Origin: a virus
Length of the DNA: 64,000 nucleotides
Reading direction: 5' to 3' (one strand)
Virus record (IMG/VR): IMGVR_UViG_3300042561_002100
Location: 115,527 to 179,526 of that record
The notes beneath the pieces were generated by a model. The model was not told where the DNA came from and made no database searches. It saw only the letters and a program-made list of their open reading frames with translations. A program made the translations under genes and the position numbers. Positions 19,814 through 29,976 of the stretch are shown here, piece by piece (within the stretch, counting starts at the first letter, position 1; every line of letters starts with the position of its first letter).

Positions 19814-22644
19814 TGGATCCACAATCAAAAAATCGTTCATTAACTGATAAGGCACTTGTTCTTAAGATTCGTAAAAAAGTCTTAACGATGGAGAAGGTAT
19901 TAAAAAATAGTATCGGGGCACAACTTCTTAATCAAAAGAATGATGATAAACAAAAGAAGAAAAGTAAAAAATTATCAGACGATAAAGATAAGAAAAAAAG
20001 AAGAAAACAGACGCTCTTTGAGAAGGTAAGAAATAAAGCTGCTGTTAAGACCGGAATTTTTGATGGATTAACAAACTTTTTTGTTAATAGTCTTTTAGGT
20101 TTTGTTTTTACTAAGATCATACCATTTCTTCCAAGATTAACTGGAATTCTTGGAGCATTGAAACCTGCTGGTGATTTTCTCGCACTTATCGCCAGACTTT
20201 TCATGGGTGCAATTGGTGGATTTATTGAGACTGGTTATAAGGTTCATGATCAATTAAAGGGTAAGCATGAGGCAATTAAAAAGATTCCAATTAAACAAGA
20301 ATTTAACTCTTTTCAGCAAGCATTAACTAATACTCTTAGTGATGTTACTGATGTTGTTTATAAAATTGCTGGTCAAGATACACCTAAAACTGCAACATCA
20401 AAAACACAACAGAAGCCAATAAAAGGTGCTGCAACTGGTGGAACAATAGGACCAACCAGAGGAAACATTCCAGTTTATAAATCTCCAACAAGAGAGCTAA
20501 AATCAACAAGACAAACAAGAGTTCCAAGAAAGCAAAGTATTCCTGAAACAAATATCGGTAAAGATGTTGGTGGTGAAGCAAAAGTTCGGAGATTTTATGG
20601 AAGTCCCAAAATCGGACTTGGTGGCATTCTCGGTATTTTTAGACCAAAAGGAACACCTTCAAGAAAAACACCAGTTGATAGTATCTCCAATGTCTCCAAG
20701 ACCTTGAGAAGAAGAAATCAACTATTTGGTGATATTGCAAGTGTTGGTTCCGATCTCGCTTTAGGTCAAAAACCAAGTAAGACTGTTTATAAAAACACTG
20801 CTAAAGATGTTATTGAATTAGCGAGATTTATTGCAGAACGACAGGAGCAAAAACAAAAAGATTCAATTTTTGCAATGGCTTATGGTGGTGTTATTCCTTC
20901 TAGAGCATCAGAAGTTGCATCCAGAAATAATCTGGTTGAAATGGTTTCTGTTATTATTGAAAGATCTGTTGAAGAAAGAGTTAATAAGGCAATTGGTGAT
21001 TTTAGGCAACCCATTGGCCGAGATGAAATGCTTGAAAAGAATAGACAAAAAGGTGGCGGTGTATCTGGACCAGATTATGGTACATCTGAAGGTGTGAGTG
21101 GTATTTCTGGGGGAACTTATGGTGGCTATAATCCCAGAGGCGGTTTAGAAAAACAGATCTACGAATATCTAACCAAAGATAAGAAGATGAGTGATATTCA
21201 AGCTCTCGGTCTTATGGCTAATATTTCAAGAGAGAGTAGTTTTATTCCAAATAACAGAGAACCTGGCGGAACTGGTATCGGATTATTCCAATGGTCTCAT
21301 GGAAGACGAGTACCATTTATGAGAGCGGTTCCTGACTGGGAAACAAATTGGAAGGCGCAGATTGATTATGCACTAAATGAGCCACAATCTCTATCGGGAG
21401 TAAGACCCGGCTCCTATTCCACTAAAAGTTTTGCTTCTGCACAAGAAGCTGCAGATTGGTGGATGGCTGAATGGGAAAGACCCGCTGATAAAATTTCTGG
21501 TTCCAGAAAACATTCAGGATATTTAAGAGATATTCCTAGAGGACCACAAGGTAGTGCTATGTTTAGAGCACCCGAGTTTTCTTCTAGTGAAGTAGAATCT
21601 AAATCAACAGGATTTAGAAGTGGTCTTAAAACTGGCCCAGAAGGTAGAATTGGTGCAGGAACTGGATATCACGTTGATGCGAGATTTGTTACTGGTCTAT
21701 CATTAAAGGATAAAATCGCAATGATGGATTCTATGGCATCTGCTCATGCAGCGGAAGGTTATGTTATGGAATTCTCTGGTGTTGGTGTTAGTAATCTAAG
21801 ATGGAATCCTAATGCAAGTCAAAAAGAAAAAGAGGAATTAGCAAAGAGGGTGTTAGTTTCACACCATTCTGCTAGAGCAGGCTATGAGCCATTCGATTAT
21901 TTTATTGTTAAACAAAATGTTAAAAATAGATTTGTTGGTGGATCTGATCTGTCTGTTTCTGGTATTGCAGGAGCTAACATAATGGCACCAAAAATATCAG
22001 GTGGAACTTTTGAATATCAAGCAGAACCCGGTGGCTATGGCAGATTTCTTGTTATTCGTGATAAGAATGGGAATTTAGTGATGAAAATAGGTCATGGTGA
22101 TTTGGGTTTACCTTCTCCAAGAGAATTAGGAAAAAGATTTAATATGGATGAATTGCGGGAGTCTGATAGTGGATTGGTTATTAAGAATGGCAAACAAGGT
22201 GTGATGGTTGATGGCAAATTTAAACCAAAAAAATGGACAAATGAAGAAAAACTTAAATTTGAGCAAACTTCTAATACTCCAAAGAAAGATAACAAAAAAT
22301 CCAACACCAAACAAAATATTAAGACTACCACCAAAACAATTAATAATCGCTCCCGAAAAATTCCAAAAACCAATAAACCTGCAGCTAAACCAAATGCTCT
22401 TCAAAGCACCTGGAGTAATATAAAAAGTGGATTCAAAAAATTAACAGGATTGAAGCGAGGTGGATTCATCGGTAATTACTCAAGTGTTCCATCTGGCTAT
22501 GCTTCTTATGAAAATTATGGAGGTTCGGTTATTGTTGCAATTCAACCTGTTATGATACAAAAAGAAGTGGCGATTGATAACACTATTCCGATACCATTTC
22601 CAATGCCTTCTAGTGTAAATAATGTATCCAACTTTAGAGGATAA
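19813..22644 (+). CDS. Tape-measure-like protein with tail lysozyme and M23-like domains
   Basis: ALGLMANISRESS...GIGLFQWS.GR; HVD...GGYG.F..I.....HG. Confidence 0.7.
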   Translation: MDPQSKNRSLTDKALVLKIRKKVLTMEKVLKNSIGAQLLNQKNDDKQKKKSKKLSDDKDKKKRRKQTLFEKVRNKAAVKTGIFDGLTNFFVNSLLGFVFTKIIPFLPRLTGILGALKPAGDFLALIARLFMGAIGGFIETGYKVHDQLKGKHEAIKKIPIKQEFNSFQQALTNTLSDVTDVVYKIAGQDTPKTATSKTQQKPIKGAATGGTIGPTRGNIPVYKSPTRELKSTRQTRVPRKQSIPETNIGKDVGGEAKVRRFYGSPKIGLGGILGIFRPKGTPSRKTPVDSISNVSKTLRRRNQLFGDIASVGSDLALGQKPSKTVYKNTAKDVIELARFIAERQEQKQKDSIFAMAYGGVIPSRASEVASRNNLVEMVSVIIERSVEERVNKAIGDFRQPIGRDEMLEKNRQKGGGVSGPDYGTSEGVSGISGGTYGGYNPRGGLEKQIYEYLTKDKKMSDIQALGLMANISRESSFIPNNREPGGTGIGLFQWSHGRRVPFMRAVPDWETNWKAQIDYALNEPQSLSGVRPGSYSTKSFASAQEAADWWMAEWERPADKISGSRKHSGYLRDIPRGPQGSAMFRAPEFSSSEVESKSTGFRSGLKTGPEGRIGAGTGYHVDARFVTGLSLKDKIAMMDSMASAHAAEGYVMEFSGVGVSNLRWNPNASQKEKEELAKRVLVSHHSARAGYEPFDYFIVKQNVKNRFVGGSDLSVSGIAGANIMAPKISGGTFEYQAEPGGYGRFLVIRDKNGNLVMKIGHGDLGLPSPRELGKRFNMDELRESDSGLVIKNGKQGVMVDGKFKPKKWTNEEKLKFEQTSNTPKKDNKKSNTKQNIKTTTKTINNRSRKIPKTNKPAAKPNALQSTWSNIKSGFKKLTGLKRGGFIGNYSSVPSGYASYENYGGSVIVAIQPVMIQKEVAIDNTIPIPFPMPSSVNNVSNFRG

Positions 22645-23975
22645 TGACACTTAATCTTAATGCTGCGGTGAGTTCTTCGCAGTTAAAACAATTCACATTA
22701 TACTCTAATAACAACAGAGATGTTGATATTACTGGTGGTTTTATTGAGATGTGTTTTTATCAAAGTTGTCTTGATTATAGTGTAAGAGTAACAGCCATTA
22801 TTGGTGATACTGGTTATCGTCTAGAAAACAACTCTTCTGGTATGTTTGAAAGAGATGATCTTAATCTAACGGCGGGAGAAAAAGCAACAATTCTTGCGGA
22901 AGATGGTTATGGTAATAAACTCTCATTTTTAGACGATTATCATCTAAGACTTCAACAAGTAAGAGATATAGATGAACATACAGGTAAAGCCGTATTCACT
23001 TTAGATTTTTATTCTAAAGAATGTATTGATAATGAATTGGTTGATTGTAGAGTCACCAAAAGATATAACGGTAGAATTTCTGATTCAGTTTCTTCTATTT
23101 TAAGTGAAACTCTTAAGACACCAAAAAAGCTTTATATTGATGAGACGATTAATAAGTTTAACTTTCTTGGTAATATAGAAAAACCATTCTATAAAATTCC
23201 TTGGCTCGCATCTAAATCGGTTCCTAATCTACCAGAATCCATCGGGAAATACGCCGGTTATTTTTTCTATGAGACACCAGATGACGGTCATGGTAATGGA
23301 GGTTATCATTTCAAATCTATTGATAAATTTTTCTCACAGACACCCAAAAAGAAACTGATTTTCAATAATACACCATTTCTTCCTTCCGGATATGATGAGA
23401 AGATTCTTGCATATTCAATCAATAGCTCGGTCAATTTGGATAATACTCTTAGAATGGGTTCACTCACAAAACCGATTCTTAAAAGTTTCAATCCATTCAC
23501 TCAAGAGTACAAAGAGGAAACAACTTTTAGTGATGTTGAGAGAATGAATGAGAATTATATGGGTGGTACAAATATGCCACAAATTGCTCAGGATTTAGAT
23601 CTTTGGAATAAATCAACCAAAATTTATAACAGATGGAAGCCGATCGGTATTCTTCCAACTGGTAGTACGCTTGAAAAACAATTAGAAGAGATTGAAGCCG
23701 CAGATTGGGATATTGAGTCTATTGAAAGGCAGGCAAAGGCGAGATACAATAATCTCTTCAACACCCGCCTAAATATTACCATTCCGGGTGATTTCTCTAT
23801 TCAAGCTGGTAACATCTTAACATGTGACTTTCCAGAAATATCAGGCAAGGCATCAAAGATTGTCAGTAATAAGAAGAGTGGAAATTATCTGGTTATTGAT
23901 GTGGCTCACAGAATAACAAAAATGAATTGTTTCACATCAATAAATCTAGTAAGAGAATCAATCTACAAGACATAA
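22644..23975 (+). CDS. Baseplate hub-like structural protein
   Basis: Position before cp12/gp5; ITIPGDFSIQAG...SG.YL...V.H is typical of gp27-like hubs. Confidence 0.6.
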   Translation: MTLNLNAAVSSSQLKQFTLYSNNNRDVDITGGFIEMCFYQSCLDYSVRVTAIIGDTGYRLENNSSGMFERDDLNLTAGEKATILAEDGYGNKLSFLDDYHLRLQQVRDIDEHTGKAVFTLDFYSKECIDNELVDCRVTKRYNGRISDSVSSILSETLKTPKKLYIDETINKFNFLGNIEKPFYKIPWLASKSVPNLPESIGKYAGYFFYETPDDGHGNGGYHFKSIDKFFSQTPKKKLIFNNTPFLPSGYDEKILAYSINSSVNLDNTLRMGSLTKPILKSFNPFTQEYKEETTFSDVERMNENYMGGTNMPQIAQDLDLWNKSTKIYNRWKPIGILPTGSTLEKQLEEIEAADWDIESIERQAKARYNNLFNTRLNITIPGDFSIQAGNILTCDFPEISGKASKIVSNKKSGNYLVIDVAHRITKMNCFTSINLVRESIYKT

Positions 23976-23979
23976 ATTT

Positions 23980-24189
23980 ATGAATAGTATTACCGAACAC
24001 ATTAGATCAAATCAAAAAGAACTTGATAATCCGGGTCTTAGTCCACAAAGACGCAGACATGTTTCTCAAGAATTAGACTTTCTTGAACGTTATCAAAGAA
24101 ATCATCCCGATTCCGATAAAGATCCATCGGCTCTAGAGCTTTATTGTGATGAAAATCCCAATGCATTAGAATGTAGAATTCATGAGTGA
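23980..24189 (+). CDS. cp12: Calvin cycle inhibitor CP12 (phage type)
   Basis: 69 aa; SPQRRRH..EL..L; C-terminal LELYCDENPNALECRI. Confidence 0.88.
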   Translation: MNSITEHIRSNQKELDNPGLSPQRRRHVSQELDFLERYQRNHPDSDKDPSALELYCDENPNALECRIHE

Positions 24190-26344
24190 AACTCCTGGAG
24201 TTAATGCTACTTATTGGTGGGTGGGACAGGTTGTTGATGAGAAGAACTGGCAAAAATCTCAAACCGGTTTACTTCATCGTCCGACCGATACTAAAGGTGA
24301 AACGTTTTCTTATAAAGTGAGAATCGTAGGTCGGCACACTCCAGAAACTCCAAGTATTGATCTCCCAACGGCTTCTGTTGCCTTACCTGTAACCGCTGGC
24401 GGAGGATTGGCGGGATCTGTTCAAACACCAAACATAAGACAGGGTTCTTATGTTGTTGGGTTTTATCGTGATGGTAAAGACGGCAATGAGCCTTTTATTG
24501 CATTTGTTCTTCCGGTAAATCCAAAAACGAGTCTGTTTCCAGAAGAACCAGAAAAAGGATTTATCGCAAGAAGTGCGTTCACGAATAAACCAATTCCAAC
24601 GGGAAATATCGGCGCGGAAAATAAACCCACCGAAAGCATTGATCCAAATCTATACACAACAGCCGATAGAGATCGTTATGTTGATGGAAGAAGATCCTTT
24701 TATCTTCCAAAAACAAAGGCATGTGAAGGTCCATCGGGTCCGTTAAAGGGAATTCAAAAATCTATTGGTGATGCAATATCAATAACAAATCTTATTAAAT
24801 CTGGTGTATTAGGAAGTGCGTCTGATCTTTCTGGATTATTAGATAATCAATTATCCTCAATTCAAAATCGTACAACGGGATTGGTGAAGACTCTTATTGA
24901 TTCAATGAGAACTTCGGTTATGAATAAAATCAATAAGGAATTCAGCGAAAAGTTAGATCAATTTAATCCTCAAGAGAGAATCAAATACAGTAAAGAATTT
25001 GAGAGTGCTAACGATATTGTATTTTGTTTATTTCAAAAGATTCTAAATCGTCTACCCAATATTATTAAAGATCTTTTTGATAGTGTTATTGATAAGTACG
25101 TCAATGCACCTCTTTGTGCTGCGGAAAATTTTCTAGCTGAAATACTATCAAAGGTCTTTGGTGAATTATCTGACGGTATTAGTGGAATTCTTGCATTTTC
25201 GGGAATAGGTGATGTCACCAATCAGATCTATTCTGGTTTATCAATTTTTGTTGGAGTTTTAGAGTTTCTCACCTGTGAAGATGATATAAATTGTGAGATG
25301 AATGAGCAATGGAGTATTTTTAGTGGACCCAAAAAGGCTCTTGAAAATCTAGGCTCAGATATTGATAAAAGAATTGCTGGTATCACTTCATCTATCACAA
25401 ACAATGAAAATAATTCGTCTTGTAGTACATCTCAAGTACCTTGTGGTCCACCAACCGTTAGATTCTTAAGTTCTTCGGGTTCAGGAGCATCAGCTAATCC
25501 CATCGTGAGTTTCACTGGATCTATTATCGGATTTGATATTATTACTGGTGGAAGTGGATACACATCACCACCAACAATTGAGATTGTTGATAAATGTGGT
25601 AATGGTTCTGGTGCCATGGGAGTTGCAATTATGAGAAAAGATAATTCGTCTGTTATTGATAATGTCGTAATGATTGATAGTGGCGCTGGTTATTTGCAAT
25701 ATCCAGACGGAAGTACCGGAGGAGAAGGATTTATATTCTCAAATCCAAATGATACGATTATTTTCAATGAAACTTCAGGATATTCTGTCTATGGTCCAGG
25801 AACTGTTGTTGATGTACTGGAAAATGATTTAATTTATTTTAAGACTTTTGCTAATACCACAGTTTATAATTCCAGCGGAAATGTTTTACAAGACATAATT
25901 GGAAAAGGTCCGACAGTTCCAGTGACAATAAACTATAATGGAACTCTCACAACTTCGGTATCAGATGATATAATCTCAAATCGTGGTGATTTTCCTTCTT
26001 CTGATAACTCTTATCCAGTTGTTCTCACTATTGATGATATAGCTGTCACTAATTCTGGATCTAATTATGTTAATGGTGATGAAGTAGTATTAGCTCCGTC
26101 TAATGGCGCTGAAATTTCAATCTCCTTTGATAACAATGGATCTATTAAAAATGTGGTTGTTAACAATGGAGGAATAGGCTTTACAGAAGTTCCAAAAATA
26201 TCAATTAAAACAAAAACCGGATTCAATGCAAATCTTATTCCTGTGTTTAAGGTTCTAAGAGTTGGTGATAGTAAAGAAGATATTATACCACCAAATACAC
26301 CTATCGTGAATGTTATTGATTGTGTGGGGGTTGTAGAGAAATGA
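24182..26344 (+). CDS. gp5: Baseplate hub/spike gp5-like protein
   Basis: WWVGQV...YKVRIVGRH...LP.A..LPVTAG.G....G..VVGFY.DG OB-fold. Confidence 0.85.
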   Translation: MSETPGVNATYWWVGQVVDEKNWQKSQTGLLHRPTDTKGETFSYKVRIVGRHTPETPSIDLPTASVALPVTAGGGLAGSVQTPNIRQGSYVVGFYRDGKDGNEPFIAFVLPVNPKTSLFPEEPEKGFIARSAFTNKPIPTGNIGAENKPTESIDPNLYTTADRDRYVDGRRSFYLPKTKACEGPSGPLKGIQKSIGDAISITNLIKSGVLGSASDLSGLLDNQLSSIQNRTTGLVKTLIDSMRTSVMNKINKEFSEKLDQFNPQERIKYSKEFESANDIVFCLFQKILNRLPNIIKDLFDSVIDKYVNAPLCAAENFLAEILSKVFGELSDGISGILAFSGIGDVTNQIYSGLSIFVGVLEFLTCEDDINCEMNEQWSIFSGPKKALENLGSDIDKRIAGITSSITNNENNSSCSTSQVPCGPPTVRFLSSSGSGASANPIVSFTGSIIGFDIITGGSGYTSPPTIEIVDKCGNGSGAMGVAIMRKDNSSVIDNVVMIDSGAGYLQYPDGSTGGEGFIFSNPNDTIIFNETSGYSVYGPGTVVDVLENDLIYFKTFANTTVYNSSGNVLQDIIGKGPTVPVTINYNGTLTTSVSDDIISNRGDFPSSDNSYPVVLTIDDIAVTNSGSNYVNGDEVVLAPSNGAEISISFDNNGSIKNVVVNNGGIGFTEVPKISIKTKTGFNANLIPVFKVLRVGDSKEDIIPPNTPIVNVIDCVGVVEK

Positions 26345-26997
26345 TTGATCTATCACATTTAAAAATTAATGAGACTGGACCAAAGACGAATCCTGAAGCT
26401 ATCGCTTATGGTAATAAAGATGGTAAGATTCATTTTGGTTATATGTACACCGCTAATCTTGATGCAACAGCGGCAAGTGCATTAGCCGGAGTTCATATAC
26501 AGGGATTCCATTCACTCCATTATATGAGTTTGATGAAGAATGGACCAATGAAAGGTTCTACTATTAATCGTTGCCCTGGACCTTATCAGATTGTTTGTGC
26601 ATCTGAACATGCAGGAGTCGTCGGTGAAACTGATGGAACCGGTTATTTTCTGTTTGTTGAAAACGGAGATGTTGTTATAAGAGCCCCAAACGGACGAGTA
26701 AGAATTTCCGGTCAAGATGTTGACATAAGAGCGGAAGGGTCAGACACTTCAAGAGGCACAATCAATCTGGATTCAAATCAAGCCGTTAATATAAAAACCG
26801 GAAGCTTTGATGTAAAGGCCGATCTTGGTATGAAACTCTTCACTCCAAAGAGCATAGATATAGTAGCGAACACTTCTTTGGGCCTGATCAGTAATTTCGT
26901 TAATGGTCTCACCGCAGCATCTTCAACGAGACCAGCTAAAGGAGTTCCAATATCAGCTTCTACTAAAAAGTTCAAAAATTCTCAAAGTTATAATTAA
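26320..26997 (+). CDS. Baseplate spike-associated structural protein
   Basis: ENGDVVIRAPNGRVRISGQDVDI beta-helix-like; probable start 26341. Confidence 0.65.
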   Translation: MCGGCREMIDLSHLKINETGPKTNPEAIAYGNKDGKIHFGYMYTANLDATAASALAGVHIQGFHSLHYMSLMKNGPMKGSTINRCPGPYQIVCASEHAGVVGETDGTGYFLFVENGDVVIRAPNGRVRISGQDVDIRAEGSDTSRGTINLDSNQAVNIKTGSFDVKADLGMKLFTPKSIDIVANTSLGLISNFVNGLTAASSTRPAKGVPISASTKKFKNSQSYN

Positions 26998-26999
26998 GT

Positions 27000-27794
27000 A
27001 TGGCATTTTCACAAGACGATGTATGTGTATCTCATCAATTAGTTGTTGGTGATGGTTTTCCTGATTTTTTGGGTGTCGGCGAAGAAAAGATAAGAGGATC
27101 GGCCTATGTTGAAGGTCCGATGGTTATTGGTGATCCTGATATTTTTTCAAATGTTTCTGCAACACTTATCGTTGGTCCCAATATTAACGTAGACTCGGAA
27201 CCATCTTTTGTTGGTGGTAATGGTATTTGTGGTAATAATTATAGTCCATATTCACTAGCGGTTTCCGGTGATGCTGTTATTTTTGATAATCTCAGTGTTA
27301 ATGGTAGAGTGGATGTTGGTACTCATCTTGTCGCTCAAGGAGAAGTGATTTCTAGATGCGGTAAACATGTTCTTTCGGCTAAGAAGAATTTTGATATTGA
27401 ACATCCATCAAAACCCGGTTGGAGATTAAGACACACCTGCCCCGAAGCACCATCTAATGATGTTTATATTAGAGGAACACTTAAAAATTCAAATGAAATC
27501 TTATTACCAAAATACTGGAAAGATTTTGTTGATATTGAATCAATAACAGTCAATATCACACCAATTAAAACCCTTCAAAATATTACAGTAAAAGATATAA
27601 CAGAAGAAAGAATTCTTTTGCTTTCCAATTTTTCAATGCCTATTCATTGTTTTTATCATGTCTTTGCTGAAAGAAAAGATGGTGAAAAATTGATTCCAGA
27701 ATATAGTGGTGATAGTCCAGCCGATTATCCCGGTAATAATAACGAATATTCAATTTCGGGTTATCACTACGACGTAAAAAATAATCATGGTTGA
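27000..27794 (+). CDS. Structural protein with C-terminal tail-fibre chaperone-like domain
   Basis: KNFDIEHPSKPGWRLRHTCPEAP..DVYIRG. Confidence 0.65.
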   Translation: MAFSQDDVCVSHQLVVGDGFPDFLGVGEEKIRGSAYVEGPMVIGDPDIFSNVSATLIVGPNINVDSEPSFVGGNGICGNNYSPYSLAVSGDAVIFDNLSVNGRVDVGTHLVAQGEVISRCGKHVLSAKKNFDIEHPSKPGWRLRHTCPEAPSNDVYIRGTLKNSNEILLPKYWKDFVDIESITVNITPIKTLQNITVKDITEERILLLSNFSMPIHCFYHVFAERKDGEKLIPEYSGDSPADYPGNNNEYSISGYHYDVKNNHG

Positions 27795-28551
27795 AACTAC
27801 AAATAATATTCTAATCACTAGAGAATATGGCGAAAAGGATTGTTCTGATCCGGTTATAACAGGAATTCCATCAAATCGTTTTGATTTTGTGTTGAAGCCA
27901 TATAATGCCGATTTAGAAGATATATCTTCAGAATTAAATATTGATCCTCCTTGTGATCTTTGGTATTATTATAACATGAAGGTGGGTTCACTAAAGGCAT
28001 TAGAAGATGTTAATGTTGATGGAGAAGTTACTGCCGTTGGTGAAGTGTCATCCAATAATGGAATTCATGTTCTGTCAAATAAGAAAAATTTACCCTTTGA
28101 TATGCCTCATCCTAATAAAAAAGGATGGAGATTAAGGCATGTTTGTATTGAAGGTCCCGAAATCGCTGTTTATTGTAGAGGTGAAATAAATGAAACCGGA
28201 ATTATTGATTTGCCTTCTTTCTGGGACGGTTTGGTAAATCTTGATGATATGACCATAAATATCACACCTATTGGTCATTGGCAAGAATTATTCGTTGAAC
28301 ATATCAATAAAAATAAAAAACAAGTCATCATTAAAAATAATAACGGTACCAAAATTCGGGCAAATTATCATATTGTTGCAAGAAGATTAGATGATGATCT
28401 TATTGTAGAATATCAAGGTGAAAATTATACAGATTATCCAAAAGGAAATGAAGGATATTCTTTTAATTATGAACATTCTTATGTTGAAAATTTAATCAAA
28501 GAACAAATTAAGAGAGAAATAAAAAATGCAAGTAACAAGAGAAGTCAGTGA
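27787..28551 (+). CDS. Paralogue of the preceding structural protein
   Basis: PFDMPHPNKKGWRLRHVCIEGPE..VYCRG. Confidence 0.65.
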   Translation: MVETTNNILITREYGEKDCSDPVITGIPSNRFDFVLKPYNADLEDISSELNIDPPCDLWYYYNMKVGSLKALEDVNVDGEVTAVGEVSSNNGIHVLSNKKNLPFDMPHPNKKGWRLRHVCIEGPEIAVYCRGEINETGIIDLPSFWDGLVNLDDMTINITPIGHWQELFVEHINKNKKQVIIKNNNGTKIRANYHIVARRLDDDLIVEYQGENYTDYPKGNEGYSFNYEHSYVENLIKEQIKREIKNASNKRSQ

Positions 28552-28681
28552 CGATCTTATCGCACTACAAGAAGATATCGCGGCTCATTTCTGTGAAGAT
28601 AACTTTCCTATGAGTGGTGAATTGTATTGGACTTTAGTTGAATCTATTGCCACTGCAAAGCTATCGGAAATTACATCTTGA
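28526..28681 (+). CDS. Small conserved cyanophage protein (not in ORF track)
   Basis: MQVTREVSDDLIALQEDIAAHFCEDNFPMSGELYWTLVESIATAKL, 51 aa. Confidence 0.65.
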   Translation: MQVTREVSDDLIALQEDIAAHFCEDNFPMSGELYWTLVESIATAKLSEITS

Positions 28682-28691
28682 CCACTTTACG

Positions 28692-28736
28692 AACTGTCAC
28701 TAGGTAACTCCAAAATCCATCAGGATGTGTTAAGAT
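28692..28736 (+). promoter_or_regulatory. Early promoter with upstream box
   Basis: AACTGTCAC; -10 TAAGAT starts 39 nt after box start. Confidence 0.7.
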
Positions 28737-28760
28737 TGATTCATCTTCGTATTTGAAGTA

Positions 28761-28958
28761 ATGAAAATCTCAAAAACAAATATTCAAGCTCAATATAATG
28801 AACTATTAGATCAAGGTCTAGAGGATTGGGAAGCTAGAACTACAATTATCAATGATATGATTTCATTGGAACCCACATCAGAACATTTTGTGGGAAATCC
28901 TGGAGATTCTGAATATTATTTCACAATCCAAACCATTTGGAATCTATGTAATCTATGA
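28761..28958 (+). CDS. Hypothetical protein
   Basis: First ORF after the early promoter. Confidence 0.6.
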   Translation: MKISKTNIQAQYNELLDQGLEDWEARTTIINDMISLEPTSEHFVGNPGDSEYYFTIQTIWNLCNL

Positions 28959-29164
28959 GACCCGAAACTCGTGAAGCTATGGAGAATCTCTTTGGTGCAA
29001 AATGGAATGTACCAAAAGCGGCGGATTATTGTAATCTCACCAACAAAGAGTGTAAAATTGTCTTTAATGAATATTGTCGCCTAAATCCTCCAACATATGT
29101 TCAAGAAAGTTCTTTTGATCTACTTGTGTTATCTCATTCTGATGATGTGAAAGATGAATCTTGA
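28955..29164 (+). CDS. Conserved cyanomyovirus hypothetical protein
   Basis: MRPETREAME.LF.AKWNVPKAA..CNLT.KE.K..F.EY. Confidence 0.75.
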   Translation: MRPETREAMENLFGAKWNVPKAADYCNLTNKECKIVFNEYCRLNPPTYVQESSFDLLVLSHSDDVKDES

Positions 29165-29855
29165 TAATAAAAGCGATATCATACATGATGACATTGAAAG
29201 TCTTTCATTGGATGATAGAATTAATCTGGCATATAATCCAAACACCCCACCAACAACATTAGATCAACTAGCTACTAATGAGCATTATTGGGTTCGTTAT
29301 TGGGTAGCACAACATCCAAACACACCACCAAAAGCCCTAGAACAACTAGCGACCGATGAGGAATATTATGGTATTCGTCGTGAAGTAGCACAAAACCGAA
29401 ACACACCACCAAAAGTCCTAGAACAACTAGCGACCGATGAGGAATATTATGGTATTCGTCGTGAAGTAGCACAAAACCGAAACACACCACCAAAAGTCCT
29501 AGAACAACTAGCGACCGATGAGGATCTTTATGTTCGTTATTGGGTAGCACAACATCCAAACACACCACCAAAAGCCCTAGAACAACTAGCGACCGATGAG
29601 GATTCTAGTGTTCGTTGTTGGGTAGCAGAAAATCCAAACACTCCACCAAAAGCTCTAGAACAACTAGCGACCGATGAGGATTCTGGTGTTCGTTGGAGTG
29701 TAGCACATAATCCAAACACACCACCAAAAGCTCTAGAACAACTAGCGACCGATGAGGATTCTAGTGTTCGTTATAGGGTAGCACTAAATCCAAACACTCC
29801 CCACTACATCAAAAAGTATATTAAAATTCAGGAGCACCTAAAAACATTTGACTAA
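29154..29855 (+). CDS. LRV/HEAT-like repeat protein, 7 units
   Basis: Contains an exact tandem duplication of an 81-bp unit. Confidence 0.9.
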   Translation: MNLDNKSDIIHDDIESLSLDDRINLAYNPNTPPTTLDQLATNEHYWVRYWVAQHPNTPPKALEQLATDEEYYGIRREVAQNRNTPPKVLEQLATDEEYYGIRREVAQNRNTPPKVLEQLATDEDLYVRYWVAQHPNTPPKALEQLATDEDSSVRCWVAENPNTPPKALEQLATDEDSGVRWSVAHNPNTPPKALEQLATDEDSSVRYRVALNPNTPHYIKKYIKIQEHLKTFD

Positions 29856-29976
29856 AATTGTTTTAGATATCTTTCTCACACTCACTGTTTTCTGTATTGC
29901 ATCTTATCTTATCACAATAGACTGACCGAGTGATTGATGACTCTAAATAATAAAACAGGAATTGTTTTAGAAGACA

